Part shown: positions 15,972 through 24,453 of the stretch, piece after piece
Position numbering within the stretch: the first letter of the stretch is position 1
How the letters are laid out: each line of letters begins with the position of its first letter
Assembly: GCA_003056265.1 (NCBI GenBank)
Contig: NBVN01000002.1
Location: 612,032 to 644,031, forward strand
Length of the DNA: 32,000 nucleotides
Direction: 5' to 3'
DNA from: Zestosphaera tikiterensis
Lineage (GTDB): Archaea; Thermoproteota; Thermoprotei_A; Sulfolobales; NBVN01
Program-made: the position numbers and the translations under genes
Notes under the pieces: generated by a model
Told to the model about the DNA's origin: nothing
What the model saw: only the letters and a program-made list of their open reading frames with translations
Databases searched by the model: none

Positions 15972-16547
15972 ATGCTTTACGTACTGGCCTGCGTTTCCGC
16001 TACGTTCTTAGGGTTGACGTTAATAACGTCTGTAGTGACGCCTATCTACCGTTTCCACGGCGTTGTGGAGGGTGAGGTCGCTCTCTCATGGTATCTACTG
16101 AGCTACTATGATGAGGTAGTGCGTGTTGCTTCGTTAGATGCTGTGAGGGTTTTAACCATTCCTTTATTTATATTATCCACGTTTTTAATCGCTTCTTCAG
16201 CTTATGCCTTACTAACGTATGTTTTTAAGAAGTTTAACTCCTTACTTTCGGCGGCGGAGTTGCTTTTAGGCGGTGGTTTAGCCTCGATAACCATGAGTAC
16301 GTTACTACTCTCAATAGTTAGGATTTTAACGACTGAAGTAAGTGGGTTAAGCGTTGATAACGTATTCTATACGTCGGCAGGCTTGGTAAACTTCGGTAGG
16401 ACATACTACTACGTAAACAGCCTAACTTCAACCCTCCTAAACCCCTTAACGGTTATGGCGTTAAACACGATTAACGCTTTACTTGCTGGCGCTACCTACG
16501 TATTGCTGACTTCCGAGGTAGGGACTCAAGAGGAAGGGAGTTCTTGA
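15972..16547 (+). CDS. Integral membrane protein (about 4 TM), unknown function
   Basis: The ORF track starts at TTG 15939. The in-frame ATG 15972 lies 1 nt after the SPase stop (TAA 15968-15970) and begins directly with a hydrophobic segment (MLYVLACVSATFLGLTLITSVV). Four hydrophobic stretches are present and the tail is acidic. Confidence 0.6.
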   Translation: MLYVLACVSATFLGLTLITSVVTPIYRFHGVVEGEVALSWYLLSYYDEVVRVASLDAVRVLTIPLFILSTFLIASSAYALLTYVFKKFNSLLSAAELLLGGGLASITMSTLLLSIVRILTTEVSGLSVDNVFYTSAGLVNFGRTYYYVNSLTSTLLNPLTVMALNTINALLAGATYVLLTSEVGTQEEGSS

Positions 16548-16607
16548 GGTTTAAGGTTGGCTATATATTCTTTATTAATCCCTCCTTAAACATATTATCT
16601 TAGTGGG

Positions 16608-17549
16608 GTGGGGTTTCTGACTTCCTTGTCTAGCGTTATATTTGATAGGCTTTCCAACCTACTTATTGAGAAGGGTTTAGAGATTAAGTTGATTGTGTCC
16701 TGCCTTATAGCTAGAGGTCACGTACTTCTTGAGGGTGTTCCAGGCGTTGCTAAGACTTCAATGGCTAAATCCGTTGCTAAGCTCTTCAGCCTTAACTTCA
16801 GAAGGGTTCAAATGACTCCGGACCTACTCCCTTTAGATATCGTGGGTTACTACGTCTACGACCAAAGAACTGGTGAGTTTAGGTTTAAGCAAGGACCTAT
16901 ATTCACTAACATACTCTTAGTTGATGAGATAAATAGGGCTTCCCCAAGAACTCAAAGTGCTTTACTGGAGGCTATGCAGGAAAGGCAAGTAACTATAGAG
17001 GGGAGTACGTTTAAGCTTGAGGAGCCTTTCTTAGTGATAGCCACTCAAAACCCTATAGAGATGGAGGGTGTTTTCCCGCTGCCTGAAGCTCAGTTAGATA
17101 GGTTCTTAGCTAAGGTTGAGACAGGATATTTAAGCAGTAACGGATTTAAAGAAATGCTTAAGAGGATTGACGAGATTGAAAGAGGTGTTGAGGAACTTAA
17201 GCCCGTGATGTCTCGCGAGGACCTCCTAACGTTAATGAATAGAGTTAAAGAAGTCAGGGTTGATGACTCGATATACGATTACGTAGTAAACATAGTTGAG
17301 GAAACTAGGAAACACCCAGCGGTTAAGTTAGGTGGGTCGCCTAGGGCTGGGATAGCGATGCTCAGACTAGCTAAGGCTTGGGCCCTTATAGAAGGGAGGG
17401 ATTACGTAATACCTGACGACGTCAAGGCTGTAGCGACTGCGGCTTTAACGCATAGGTTGATACTTAAGCCGGAGTATGAGGTTGAAGGCGTTACATCAAC
17501 TCAAGTCATTAACGACGTGTTAAGTAAGGTTCCGGTGCCTAAACCTTGA
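16608..17549 (+). CDS. MoxR-family AAA+ ATPase
   Basis: 313-aa ORF with Walker A (LLEGVPGVAKTS), Walker B (ILLVDEINRASPRTQSALLEAMQERQVT), the ATQNP block, LPEAQLDRF, and the C-terminal GGSPRAG lid typical of MoxR. A TATA-like ctatatattctttattaat lies 30-45 nt upstream of the GTG start. Confidence 0.9.
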   Translation: MGFLTSLSSVIFDRLSNLLIEKGLEIKLIVSCLIARGHVLLEGVPGVAKTSMAKSVAKLFSLNFRRVQMTPDLLPLDIVGYYVYDQRTGEFRFKQGPIFTNILLVDEINRASPRTQSALLEAMQERQVTIEGSTFKLEEPFLVIATQNPIEMEGVFPLPEAQLDRFLAKVETGYLSSNGFKEMLKRIDEIERGVEELKPVMSREDLLTLMNRVKEVRVDDSIYDYVVNIVEETRKHPAVKLGGSPRAGIAMLRLAKAWALIEGRDYVIPDDVKAVATAALTHRLILKPEYEVEGVTSTQVINDVLSKVPVPKP

Positions 17550-18694
17550 AAACACGTTTGAAGATAGTGGCGTTGTCTTTAGCTACGCTACTCCTACTTA
17601 ACCTACTCAACTTAGCAGTTACTCAAGCTCAGGAAGTCCCTAGACACACCCCTGGGTTCCCAGAAAGCAGTTTAGAGGGTTTAACGCCTTTCTTAAGTGA
17701 ATGGCAGAAAATCCTCAACATGTTGTCTAACGCTACGTTAAGTGATGTTTTAAGTAACGCATCAGCTAAGGAAGAGCTTCAAAACTACGTTAAAGAGCTT
17801 GAAGCTGAGAATAAGTTAACTTTAGAGGAGAGGGAAGCTTTAAAAGCTACTTTAAGCGGGGACGTAAGCGTTGATGAGTTGATGAAGAACATACGTAATG
17901 AGGACTTACGTAATGTATTGAATGAGCTTCTTAACATGAGTAAGGAAGGCCTACTTAAAAGCGAGGATTTAATGAAGTATTTAAGTATGGTTGCTAAGAT
18001 GCGTGAAGAGGGCTATATCTCAATAAGCGATTACATATCTGCTTTAAACATTATGAAGACTTTAACGAGGGATGAAGGAGTGCTCACAGCCATAGATAGT
18101 GAGTTACTTAAGTCTATGATTAACTTACTAGCTAGCGCTGGGAGCACGCCTGAATTTACAGCACTGCCTTCAATACCTTCGGGGAGCCCGTCCTTAAGCC
18201 TTAAAACCCCTGAGGTCGGTAGCACATCAAGATACTTAGAGGGGTTTAAAATACCCTCCATATCCGTGGCTTTCCCCTCACTGTCTCCGCTAGCTCTTCA
18301 AGACGTTCTACAATACGTGGTCTTAGCTATTGTTTTGATTGTCGTTTTTTCCTTAGGTTTTCTCTTTATTAGAAGGTTTAGAGAACCCATAGCTCGGGCG
18401 TTCTCTAAAGCCGTTTTAAGTAGGGGTGAGGTAGGTTTAGAAGGGCTTCCCGAACCCATCAAGTATTATTGGAGTTCCGTTAAGGCTGTAGAGACATACA
18501 CGAAGATTAGGAAGTTAGATAACGTAACTCATAGGGAGTACTTAAGTAGGGTATCGCAGTCTTTAGGTGATTTAGTTGAGGAGTTTAAGAAAGTAACTCA
18601 AGCCTACGAGCTCGTTAGGTTTGGCGGTTCAGTAAGTGATGAAGTGGTTAAGGAAGCTAAAGAGAGTTATGTGATGTTGGTGAGGAGGTTGTGA
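17546..18694 (+). CDS. Bitopic membrane protein: signal peptide, extracytoplasmic helical domain, S/P-rich linker, TM, cytoplasmic DUF4129-like domain
   Basis: The TTG start overlaps the MoxR stop (TTGA). The N-terminus is MKTRLKIVALSLATLLLLNLLNLAVTQAQE. The TM segment is VLQYVVLAIVLIVVFSLGFLFI. The C-terminal THREYLSRV...AYELVRFGG fits the DUF4129 pattern (T.rEy.......l..lt..Ye..rYg). Confidence 0.7.
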   Translation: MKTRLKIVALSLATLLLLNLLNLAVTQAQEVPRHTPGFPESSLEGLTPFLSEWQKILNMLSNATLSDVLSNASAKEELQNYVKELEAENKLTLEEREALKATLSGDVSVDELMKNIRNEDLRNVLNELLNMSKEGLLKSEDLMKYLSMVAKMREEGYISISDYISALNIMKTLTRDEGVLTAIDSELLKSMINLLASAGSTPEFTALPSIPSGSPSLSLKTPEVGSTSRYLEGFKIPSISVAFPSLSPLALQDVLQYVVLAIVLIVVFSLGFLFIRRFREPIARAFSKAVLSRGEVGLEGLPEPIKYYWSSVKAVETYTKIRKLDNVTHREYLSRVSQSLGDLVEEFKKVTQAYELVRFGGSVSDEVVKEAKESYVMLVRRL

Positions 18695-19824
18695 AAGTCG
18701 GTGAGTTAATTCTTAAGGTAGTTCCTAGGTTGGTTGCTTTAGCTGTTCTCTGGGATTCCATAACAATCTTAACTCAAGAGCTGCCTAAGGTTACCGCCCC
18801 TCAAGCCTTCATCTTAAGCCTTATCTCAACCCCTTCAAACATGCTTTTAACGGCGTCTTCAGTAGTTGCTGTGTTAACGGTTGCTACGTCCTCACCAACG
18901 CTTTACGTGTTTTCCGTGATACTCCTAGCAGTCGGTAGAGGTGTTTTAGGCTACGCCATATCCCCTTCAGTAATCGCCGGCTTGGCTCTAGTCCTTATAC
19001 TGGATACGTTGGCCTTAACTTACAGAAGCGGTCAAAGAACGTCGGTAAGGATGGGTGGGAAAGCTTTTACATACGGTGTTTTAAGCGTTGCGTTTGTTTT
19101 CTTGGGGGTTATTACGGCCTCCCTATTCTTCAGTCAATACTTAACGACTGTTGTCACAACCATATTGAGCGTTTCGAAGTATAGCGTCGTTAAGTACGGT
19201 GTCCTAGCTTCCTTAATCGATAATCCATTGATTAAATTATGCGTTGTTGTTTTGATTGTGTTGTTCCTATATGAGGTGATAGTCAACGTATTCGACACGG
19301 CCTCCATCTACCTAAGGCCTTCGAGGAAAGTCTGTTTATCAACCCTTAAGAACCGCTCTGATATAGACGTAGTTATTGAGAGGCCCCTACAAACTCTATT
19401 CACGTTAATATTAGCTAGTTTAGTAGCTCCCGTTATTTACGTGTTTTTAATCGATATAATCACCCCTAAGTTAGTCGCGGTGCTCACACCGTTAAGTGGG
19501 TTTTTAAAGAATCCCTACGTAGCTGCTGCGTTAAGCTTAGCTACGTATGCATTAGCCTTCGCTTTAACGAAGCCTTTAATCTCCTCGTTAACTGTGGAGG
19601 AGGTTAAGTTAAGGAACTTAACCTTGCCAGCCACTTTAAGCTTGTTCATTTATTTAAGCGCTGTTTTAATCTCCTACGATAGGGGCTTAACCTTAAGTCA
19701 AAGCTTCTTAAGTCCGGACTTCACGACATTAAGCAACACTCTCTATAGAGGTTATTTAAACTTCTACACGTCTTTATTTTATATTCTTGAAATAATACCT
19801 AAGCTTGTGGGGGCTGCGCCATGA
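18691..19824 (+). CDS. Polytopic integral membrane protein (about 9-10 TM), unknown function
   Basis: The GTG start overlaps the upstream stop (GTGA) and a GGAGG motif lies just upstream. The 377-aa protein is almost entirely hydrophobic segments. Confidence 0.7.
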   Translation: MKVGELILKVVPRLVALAVLWDSITILTQELPKVTAPQAFILSLISTPSNMLLTASSVVAVLTVATSSPTLYVFSVILLAVGRGVLGYAISPSVIAGLALVLILDTLALTYRSGQRTSVRMGGKAFTYGVLSVAFVFLGVITASLFFSQYLTTVVTTILSVSKYSVVKYGVLASLIDNPLIKLCVVVLIVLFLYEVIVNVFDTASIYLRPSRKVCLSTLKNRSDIDVVIERPLQTLFTLILASLVAPVIYVFLIDIITPKLVAVLTPLSGFLKNPYVAAALSLATYALAFALTKPLISSLTVEEVKLRNLTLPATLSLFIYLSAVLISYDRGLTLSQSFLSPDFTTLSNTLYRGYLNFYTSLFYILEIIPKLVGAAP

Positions 19825-20078
19825 GTAAATACATACCTAAACTTAAAATTAATAAAGCGTATCTATACCTCGCCATCGGTTTAGCCTTACTGGTGTTATC
19901 TATGATGTTCTTCTTCATGTCGGTTGGGTATATGGAGAGAGCCTTGATAAGTACGTCACTATTGACGGCGTTTATAGGCTTTTCACTCCTTTCAAGCTCG
20001 CTTTACGTGCTGAGGCTTTCCGCTTACGTATATGGTGTTGAGGCTGAAGGACGTGAAGAAACTAAAGCTGGTAAGTAG
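19821..20078 (+). CDS. Small 2-TM membrane protein
   Basis: The ATG overlaps the upstream stop (ATGA). The 85-aa protein has two hydrophobic helices and a charged tail. Confidence 0.55.
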   Translation: MSKYIPKLKINKAYLYLAIGLALLVLSMMFFFMSVGYMERALISTSLLTAFIGFSLLSSSLYVLRLSAYVYGVEAEGREETKAGK

Positions 20079-21492
20079 TTGGGTCGTTATAGGGTTGGTG
20101 GTTTTAGCTTTAATAGCCCTACTCGAGAAAGGGCCTCCGATAGCTTACGTTTTTTCAGGGGCTTCCCCCGCCAGCCCCATGTCATTCGGTACTTACGAAT
20201 TCTACCTACTCGTTAGGGAGAGACATCAAGCAACGGCTGTTTTCAGGCTTGACGACTTAAAACTGCCCAGCAACTCAAGATGTGTTTACGTGTTGATATC
20301 TCCGGATATCCCATACACGTTGGAGGAGGGCAGGCACGTAGCTAAAGCGTTAAGTCAATGCGTGAGTTACGCAGCTTTAATAGCTGACGAGTGGGGAACT
20401 TCAAACAATGTTTTAATAGCGTTAAACACTTCGGTGAGGGTGGTTGGTGATTTAGTTTTAGATGCGTTGCGAACTCCATACCCGCAAGCGCAGATGCGAG
20501 TTATAGGTAGGTATGAGAACACCTACGAGATCACTTTAGACATAGCTTCGGAAGTTTCGGGAGGTACTCCTTCAGGGTTTGTAGTGAATGGTTATGTAGT
20601 GACGGGAGGTAATGCCCCACCGATTAAGCGGGACGTGATTTACGTAGCTGCTTACGAATCCGTTAAGGACAACCCCGTATACGTGATTGGCGACGGATCC
20701 ATATTCTTAAATCAAGTCCTTACGTCTAAGGAGGGTGGGCGGTATAGGGAGTTTGCTCTAAGCGTTGTTGAAGGGCTTTGCGGCGGTCAACCCAACTGTT
20801 ACGTAGTTTTCGACGGTTCACACCATAGTGGCGTTAAAGCAAGTGACTTGCTTGCGAGACCTCAGTTAATAAGCAACTACGTTAAGAACCCTCAAGACCT
20901 CTTCTACGTTATAACGCCTATGATCTCGTTAATATTACACCCTACTTTCTGGCTCCCACCCCTAGCTAGTTGGTTGAATAGGTTTACGGGCTTCATATTC
21001 GGTAACGAGCTTTTCTACTCTTCAGCGTTGTTGTTTGCTGTAGTCCTCACATACTACTTAGTTAAGGGAAGATTCCCATCAACTTCAGATTTTAGACTTC
21101 CTGAGCAAAGTGAGGTTGAGTTATTCGCTACTTCAGACATTAGAAACGCTGTACTCGCCGGTAGGGTTAAGTTAGGTAAGGAAGACTTCATAAAGCTTTA
21201 CGATATGGTTAACTCCGTGTTGGTTGGTGTTGCTGGTGTGGAGTTAAGCGATGAGAAAGCGCTTCAACTCTTAAGTAAGGCTGTAGGCGCTGAAGCTTCG
21301 TTAAAGTATTTTAAAGAGATGAATAAACTCTACGTTAAAGTTAAGAAACGTAAGTTACTCCCTATAGTCCTGTCTTGGGATAGGAGGGTTAGGAAGTTAA
21401 TAACGCAGAGTGAGGAGGTTCTTAAGGCTTTAGGTACGTCGTTACAGTCCGAGAGAGGAGTTGAGTATGTGTTCTTGAGGTTCGCAAGATGA
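20032..21492 (+). CDS. Membrane protein with extracytoplasmic DUF4350-like domain (N-terminal TM, ~280-aa ectodomain, second TM, cytoplasmic helical tail)
   Basis: 486-aa ORF overlapping the previous gene by up to 47 nt (alternative GTG start at 20053). The topology and the GDGSIFLNQ block resemble DUF4350/GldG-like domains, which typically occur in MoxR-DUF58 operons. The family call is by eye only. Confidence 0.6.
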   Translation: MVLRLKDVKKLKLVSSWVVIGLVVLALIALLEKGPPIAYVFSGASPASPMSFGTYEFYLLVRERHQATAVFRLDDLKLPSNSRCVYVLISPDIPYTLEEGRHVAKALSQCVSYAALIADEWGTSNNVLIALNTSVRVVGDLVLDALRTPYPQAQMRVIGRYENTYEITLDIASEVSGGTPSGFVVNGYVVTGGNAPPIKRDVIYVAAYESVKDNPVYVIGDGSIFLNQVLTSKEGGRYREFALSVVEGLCGGQPNCYVVFDGSHHSGVKASDLLARPQLISNYVKNPQDLFYVITPMISLILHPTFWLPPLASWLNRFTGFIFGNELFYSSALLFAVVLTYYLVKGRFPSTSDFRLPEQSEVELFATSDIRNAVLAGRVKLGKEDFIKLYDMVNSVLVGVAGVELSDEKALQLLSKAVGAEASLKYFKEMNKLYVKVKKRKLLPIVLSWDRRVRKLITQSEEVLKALGTSLQSERGVEYVFLRFAR

Positions 21493-22823
21493 GTTCTGAA
21501 GCCTTAACTCAAGTTTCAGGAACTCAAAGATTGACCGCCGTCTTACTAATAACAGCTGCTTTACTTGTGTTCTCGGTGTTCGTCAATATAGACTTCCTAA
21601 TGCCGGCTATGGCTTTAGTTGCTTTAATAGCTTCAACACGTGGTTACGCAGTCATATCGTATTTAGCGTTAAGCAAGTGTGAGATTAAAACCAACGCCTC
21701 AGTTACTGTGGGTGGGAAGCCCTTAACGTATTCAATAGAGATATTCAATAAGGGGTTAATACCTATAGCCTTGGTTGAGATCACCTTAAATTACTCGCAA
21801 AACCTAAGGCTTGTTAAAGGCTCTAAAGCAGCTCTCTTAATCATACCGCCTAAAAGCTCCGTAACGTATGAAGTGGTTTTCAACGGACGTGTTGGGAAGC
21901 ATCGCGTAGGCCCTCTTAAAGCTGTTGTTAGAGACCCTCTAGGGTTATTCAGGAGTTCCGAACTGGAGTTGGTTAAGGCTGAGGAAGTCGCTATACAGCC
22001 ACCCGCGCGTGAAGTCATGATTAGGAAGGTTTGGACCCACACGAGGTCTGCCGGCGTGGTTAGGTCTAGAGAGCCTGGGTTAGGTGTTGAGCTCTACGGC
22101 GTGCGTGAGTTTAGGCCGGGCGACGATTTAAGGAGGGTTGTTTGGAGGACTTTAGCGTCAAGCAATAGGTTATCCGTTAAGGAGATGGAGAGGGAAACGT
22201 ATCAAAGCATATTCTTCGTTGTTGAGGCAAGCCCTCAAATGTTTTACGGTCCTTACGGGGGGACTCCATACGAACACGCTAGTGAGGTGATAGCGTCTAT
22301 ATCAGCGTACTTAGCTAGGAGAGGCGATCTAATGTCTTTAGTTGTGGCAACTCAAGACGGGGTCTTAACATCGGGTAAGCCGTCTAGAGGGCGTAACGCA
22401 TACGTTAAAATCTCTAAAACGTTATCGATGGTTCCATACATCGCTGACTCCGTAGACAGAAATCTACTTTTAAAGAAAGCCCTTAAAGAAATTTTAAATA
22501 GCTTACCTAGGGAGAGGAACCTAATATTCGTTTTCACGACGGCAGGGGATGAAACCTACCTTAAAGGTTTGCTAGAGTTCATCAATAAGTTAAGGAGTCT
22601 TAATAACGACGTATACGTTGCGATACCTTTAACTATTGCTTACGAGGTTAGGGGGCTTCCGCCATGGGCTCAAGCAATCTATAGAGTTAAACTCTACGAT
22701 AAAGTTAAGGATGAGTTGGAATTCGCTCGAAAGTTAGTTAAGTATAGGGCTAGAGTAATAGCTATAGGCCCTCAATACATGCCTGAAACCATAGTTAGGA
22801 TCGTGGAAGCTAGACGTAGTTAA
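21489..22823 (+). CDS. DUF58 family protein (VWA-like partner of MoxR) with two N-terminal TM helices
   Basis: The ATG overlaps the upstream stop (ATGA). The hallmark DUF58 motif GVREFRPGDDLRRVVWRTLASSNRLSVKEME is present (compare [YF]rpGD..r.i.Wk.sar...l.vke). It is followed by a VWA-like alpha/beta region. Confidence 0.85.
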   Translation: MSSEALTQVSGTQRLTAVLLITAALLVFSVFVNIDFLMPAMALVALIASTRGYAVISYLALSKCEIKTNASVTVGGKPLTYSIEIFNKGLIPIALVEITLNYSQNLRLVKGSKAALLIIPPKSSVTYEVVFNGRVGKHRVGPLKAVVRDPLGLFRSSELELVKAEEVAIQPPAREVMIRKVWTHTRSAGVVRSREPGLGVELYGVREFRPGDDLRRVVWRTLASSNRLSVKEMERETYQSIFFVVEASPQMFYGPYGGTPYEHASEVIASISAYLARRGDLMSLVVATQDGVLTSGKPSRGRNAYVKISKTLSMVPYIADSVDRNLLLKKALKEILNSLPRERNLIFVFTTAGDETYLKGLLEFINKLRSLNNDVYVAIPLTIAYEVRGLPPWAQAIYRVKLYDKVKDELEFARKLVKYRARVIAIGPQYMPETIVRIVEARRS

Positions 22824-22849
22824 CTACAACGTAACTTACGTTTACGTTG
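22816..22849 (+). terminator. Palindrome plus hairpin at the end of the MoxR-DUF58 operon (possible terminator or RNA-stability element)
   Basis: A perfect 12-nt palindrome GTAGTTAACTAC (22816-22827) spans the stop codon. A stem-loop follows: caacgtaa-cttacgt-ttacgttg (22827-22849, 8-bp stem). It is not followed by a strong T-tract, so function is uncertain. Confidence 0.25.
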
Positions 22850-22898
22850 GACTTTAATCAAGTAGCGTCAGACATAATTTGGTGGTGCTGGAGCAACC

Positions 22899-23810
22899 AT
22901 GCGTAAGAGGGTTGAAACGTATCTTACGGTTGTTTTCCTAATGCTCCTAACCTCCTTAGTCGGTGTTTACTTCATTAACTTAATTTACGGAGGCTTCGCT
23001 AAGGTTAAGGTCTTCGTAAGTACTACAACTTCATTGTATGAGACGGGGCTTTTAGAGCGTTTAGCATCTGAATTCAGTAAGTATTATCCAGATGTTCGGC
23101 TTGCGTTTATAGTCGTAGGCAGCGGCGAGGCTTTGGAGAGGGCGTCTAGAGGTGATGTGTGTTTAGTGCTTTCCCACGCACCCTCCTTAGAAGTTAAGTA
23201 TGTTGGTGAGGGGTCTATATATAAACACGTGATATTCGCGTATAACTATTTCGTGTTGGTAGGTCCTGAAGAGGATCCCGCGGGAGTTTCCAAAGCTTTA
23301 AACGTTGTTGAAGCTTTCGCGAAGATCTTCGAAGCTGGTGAGGAAGGGTTAACGACTTTCGTAAGTAGGGGGGATAAATCAGGTACTAACGTTAAGGAGC
23401 TTCAGCTATGGAGTCTAGCAGGCTTAAACCCCCTGAATAGGAGTTGGTATAAAAACTGCGGTTGCGGGATGTCGCAAGCCCTCATAATATCCAATCAGTT
23501 AGGAAGTTACGTACTTAGCGACATAAGCACGTTCTTAAAAATGAAACGTAGCGGCCTCATACCCCATCTGAAGGTATTTTTCAGCAACTCAACGGAGTTG
23601 ATCAACGTTTACAGCGCGTATATATCATCTAAATGCGGTGGTGAAGAACTTAAACATGCTGAAGAATTTCTGAACTTCCTAACTAGCGATATAGGTCAGG
23701 AATTAATAGCTAACTACGGCGTTGAGGAATACGGTCAGCAACTTTTTCATTCGGTTAGAGGTGGTGAGGAAAGATTATTAGCTGTTTGGGAACAACTCTC
23801 TAGAGGTTGA
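22899..23810 (+). CDS. tupA: Tungstate/molybdate ABC transporter substrate-binding protein, TupA-type, membrane-anchored
   Basis: 303-aa ORF with an N-terminal anchor helix. It carries the TupA-like motifs VSTTTSLYETGLL (compare TTTS..dsGLL) and VSRGDKSGTNVKE (compare RGD.SGT). Cognate permease and ATPase genes follow. Confidence 0.7.
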   Translation: MRKRVETYLTVVFLMLLTSLVGVYFINLIYGGFAKVKVFVSTTTSLYETGLLERLASEFSKYYPDVRLAFIVVGSGEALERASRGDVCLVLSHAPSLEVKYVGEGSIYKHVIFAYNYFVLVGPEEDPAGVSKALNVVEAFAKIFEAGEEGLTTFVSRGDKSGTNVKELQLWSLAGLNPLNRSWYKNCGCGMSQALIISNQLGSYVLSDISTFLKMKRSGLIPHLKVFFSNSTELINVYSAYISSKCGGEELKHAEEFLNFLTSDIGQELIANYGVEEYGQQLFHSVRGGEERLLAVWEQLSRG

Positions 23811-23817
23811 GTCTTCC

Positions 23818-24453
23818 ATGTTTGATGAAGTGGTGGAGATCTCCGTTAGGTCGATTTTAATTTCAGGCAGTGCTACCTTACTAGCCTCGCTTTTCGGGCT
23901 TCCGTTAGCTTACTTAGCCGTTGTTAAAGCTAAGGTTAGGTCTTTCGTGCCCATCGCTGAATCCCTTTCCGGTATGCCGACTGTTTTGATAGGTCTCCTA
24001 CTCTACATGTTGTTAAGTAGGGATGGGCCGTTAGGTTTTTTAAACATGCTTTACACACCGCAGGCTATAATCGTCGGTCAAGCAGTGTTGGTAGTTCCGT
24101 TAATAATAGCGACGAGTTTCGGAGCTTTAAGAACTTCTTACGAAAGCGTTGGTGAGTTAGCCATTACTTTAGGGGCGACGGATCTTCAAGTAATGCTAAC
24201 TGTTTTGAAGGAGTCTTTAAATAGGGTTTTGGCTTCGTTGATGATAGCTTTTTCAAGGGCTTTAGGTGAGCTTGGAATAGCTTTAATGGTTGGAGGTAAT
24301 ATACGTGGAGAAACTAGAGTGTTTTCAACCTCGATAGCTCTTTCAGTAGCTGTGGGGGAATTCAACGAAGCCGTTAAGCTTGGGTTGATACTCTTAGCTG
24401 TAGAGACTTCTTTAATAGTTTGTGTGAGAATGCTTCAAGGTTTGGAAAGATGA
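23818..24453 (+). CDS. tupB: Tungstate ABC transporter permease, TupB-type
   Basis: 211-aa ORF with 5 TM segments and the permease signature FSRALGELGIALMVGGNIRGETRVFSTSIAL (the GGNI...TR block is typical of TupB). Confidence 0.7.
   Translation: MFDEVVEISVRSILISGSATLLASLFGLPLAYLAVVKAKVRSFVPIAESLSGMPTVLIGLLLYMLLSRDGPLGFLNMLYTPQAIIVGQAVLVVPLIIATSFGALRTSYESVGELAITLGATDLQVMLTVLKESLNRVLASLMIAFSRALGELGIALMVGGNIRGETRVFSTSIALSVAVGEFNEAVKLGLILLAVETSLIVCVRMLQGLER

Noticed and set aside
14980-22537. ORFs 14980..15180 (-), 18031..18261 (-), 21791..22042 (-), 22352..22537 (-)
   Set aside because: These are antisense shadows inside the SPase, DUF4129-like and DUF58 genes. The sense genes are supported by motifs and by start/stop coupling.
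24420-24449. GTG 24420 as tupC start
   Set aside because: ATG 24450 forms an ATGA overlap with the tupB stop and gives a canonical ABC ATPase N-terminus (MIKLVNV...).
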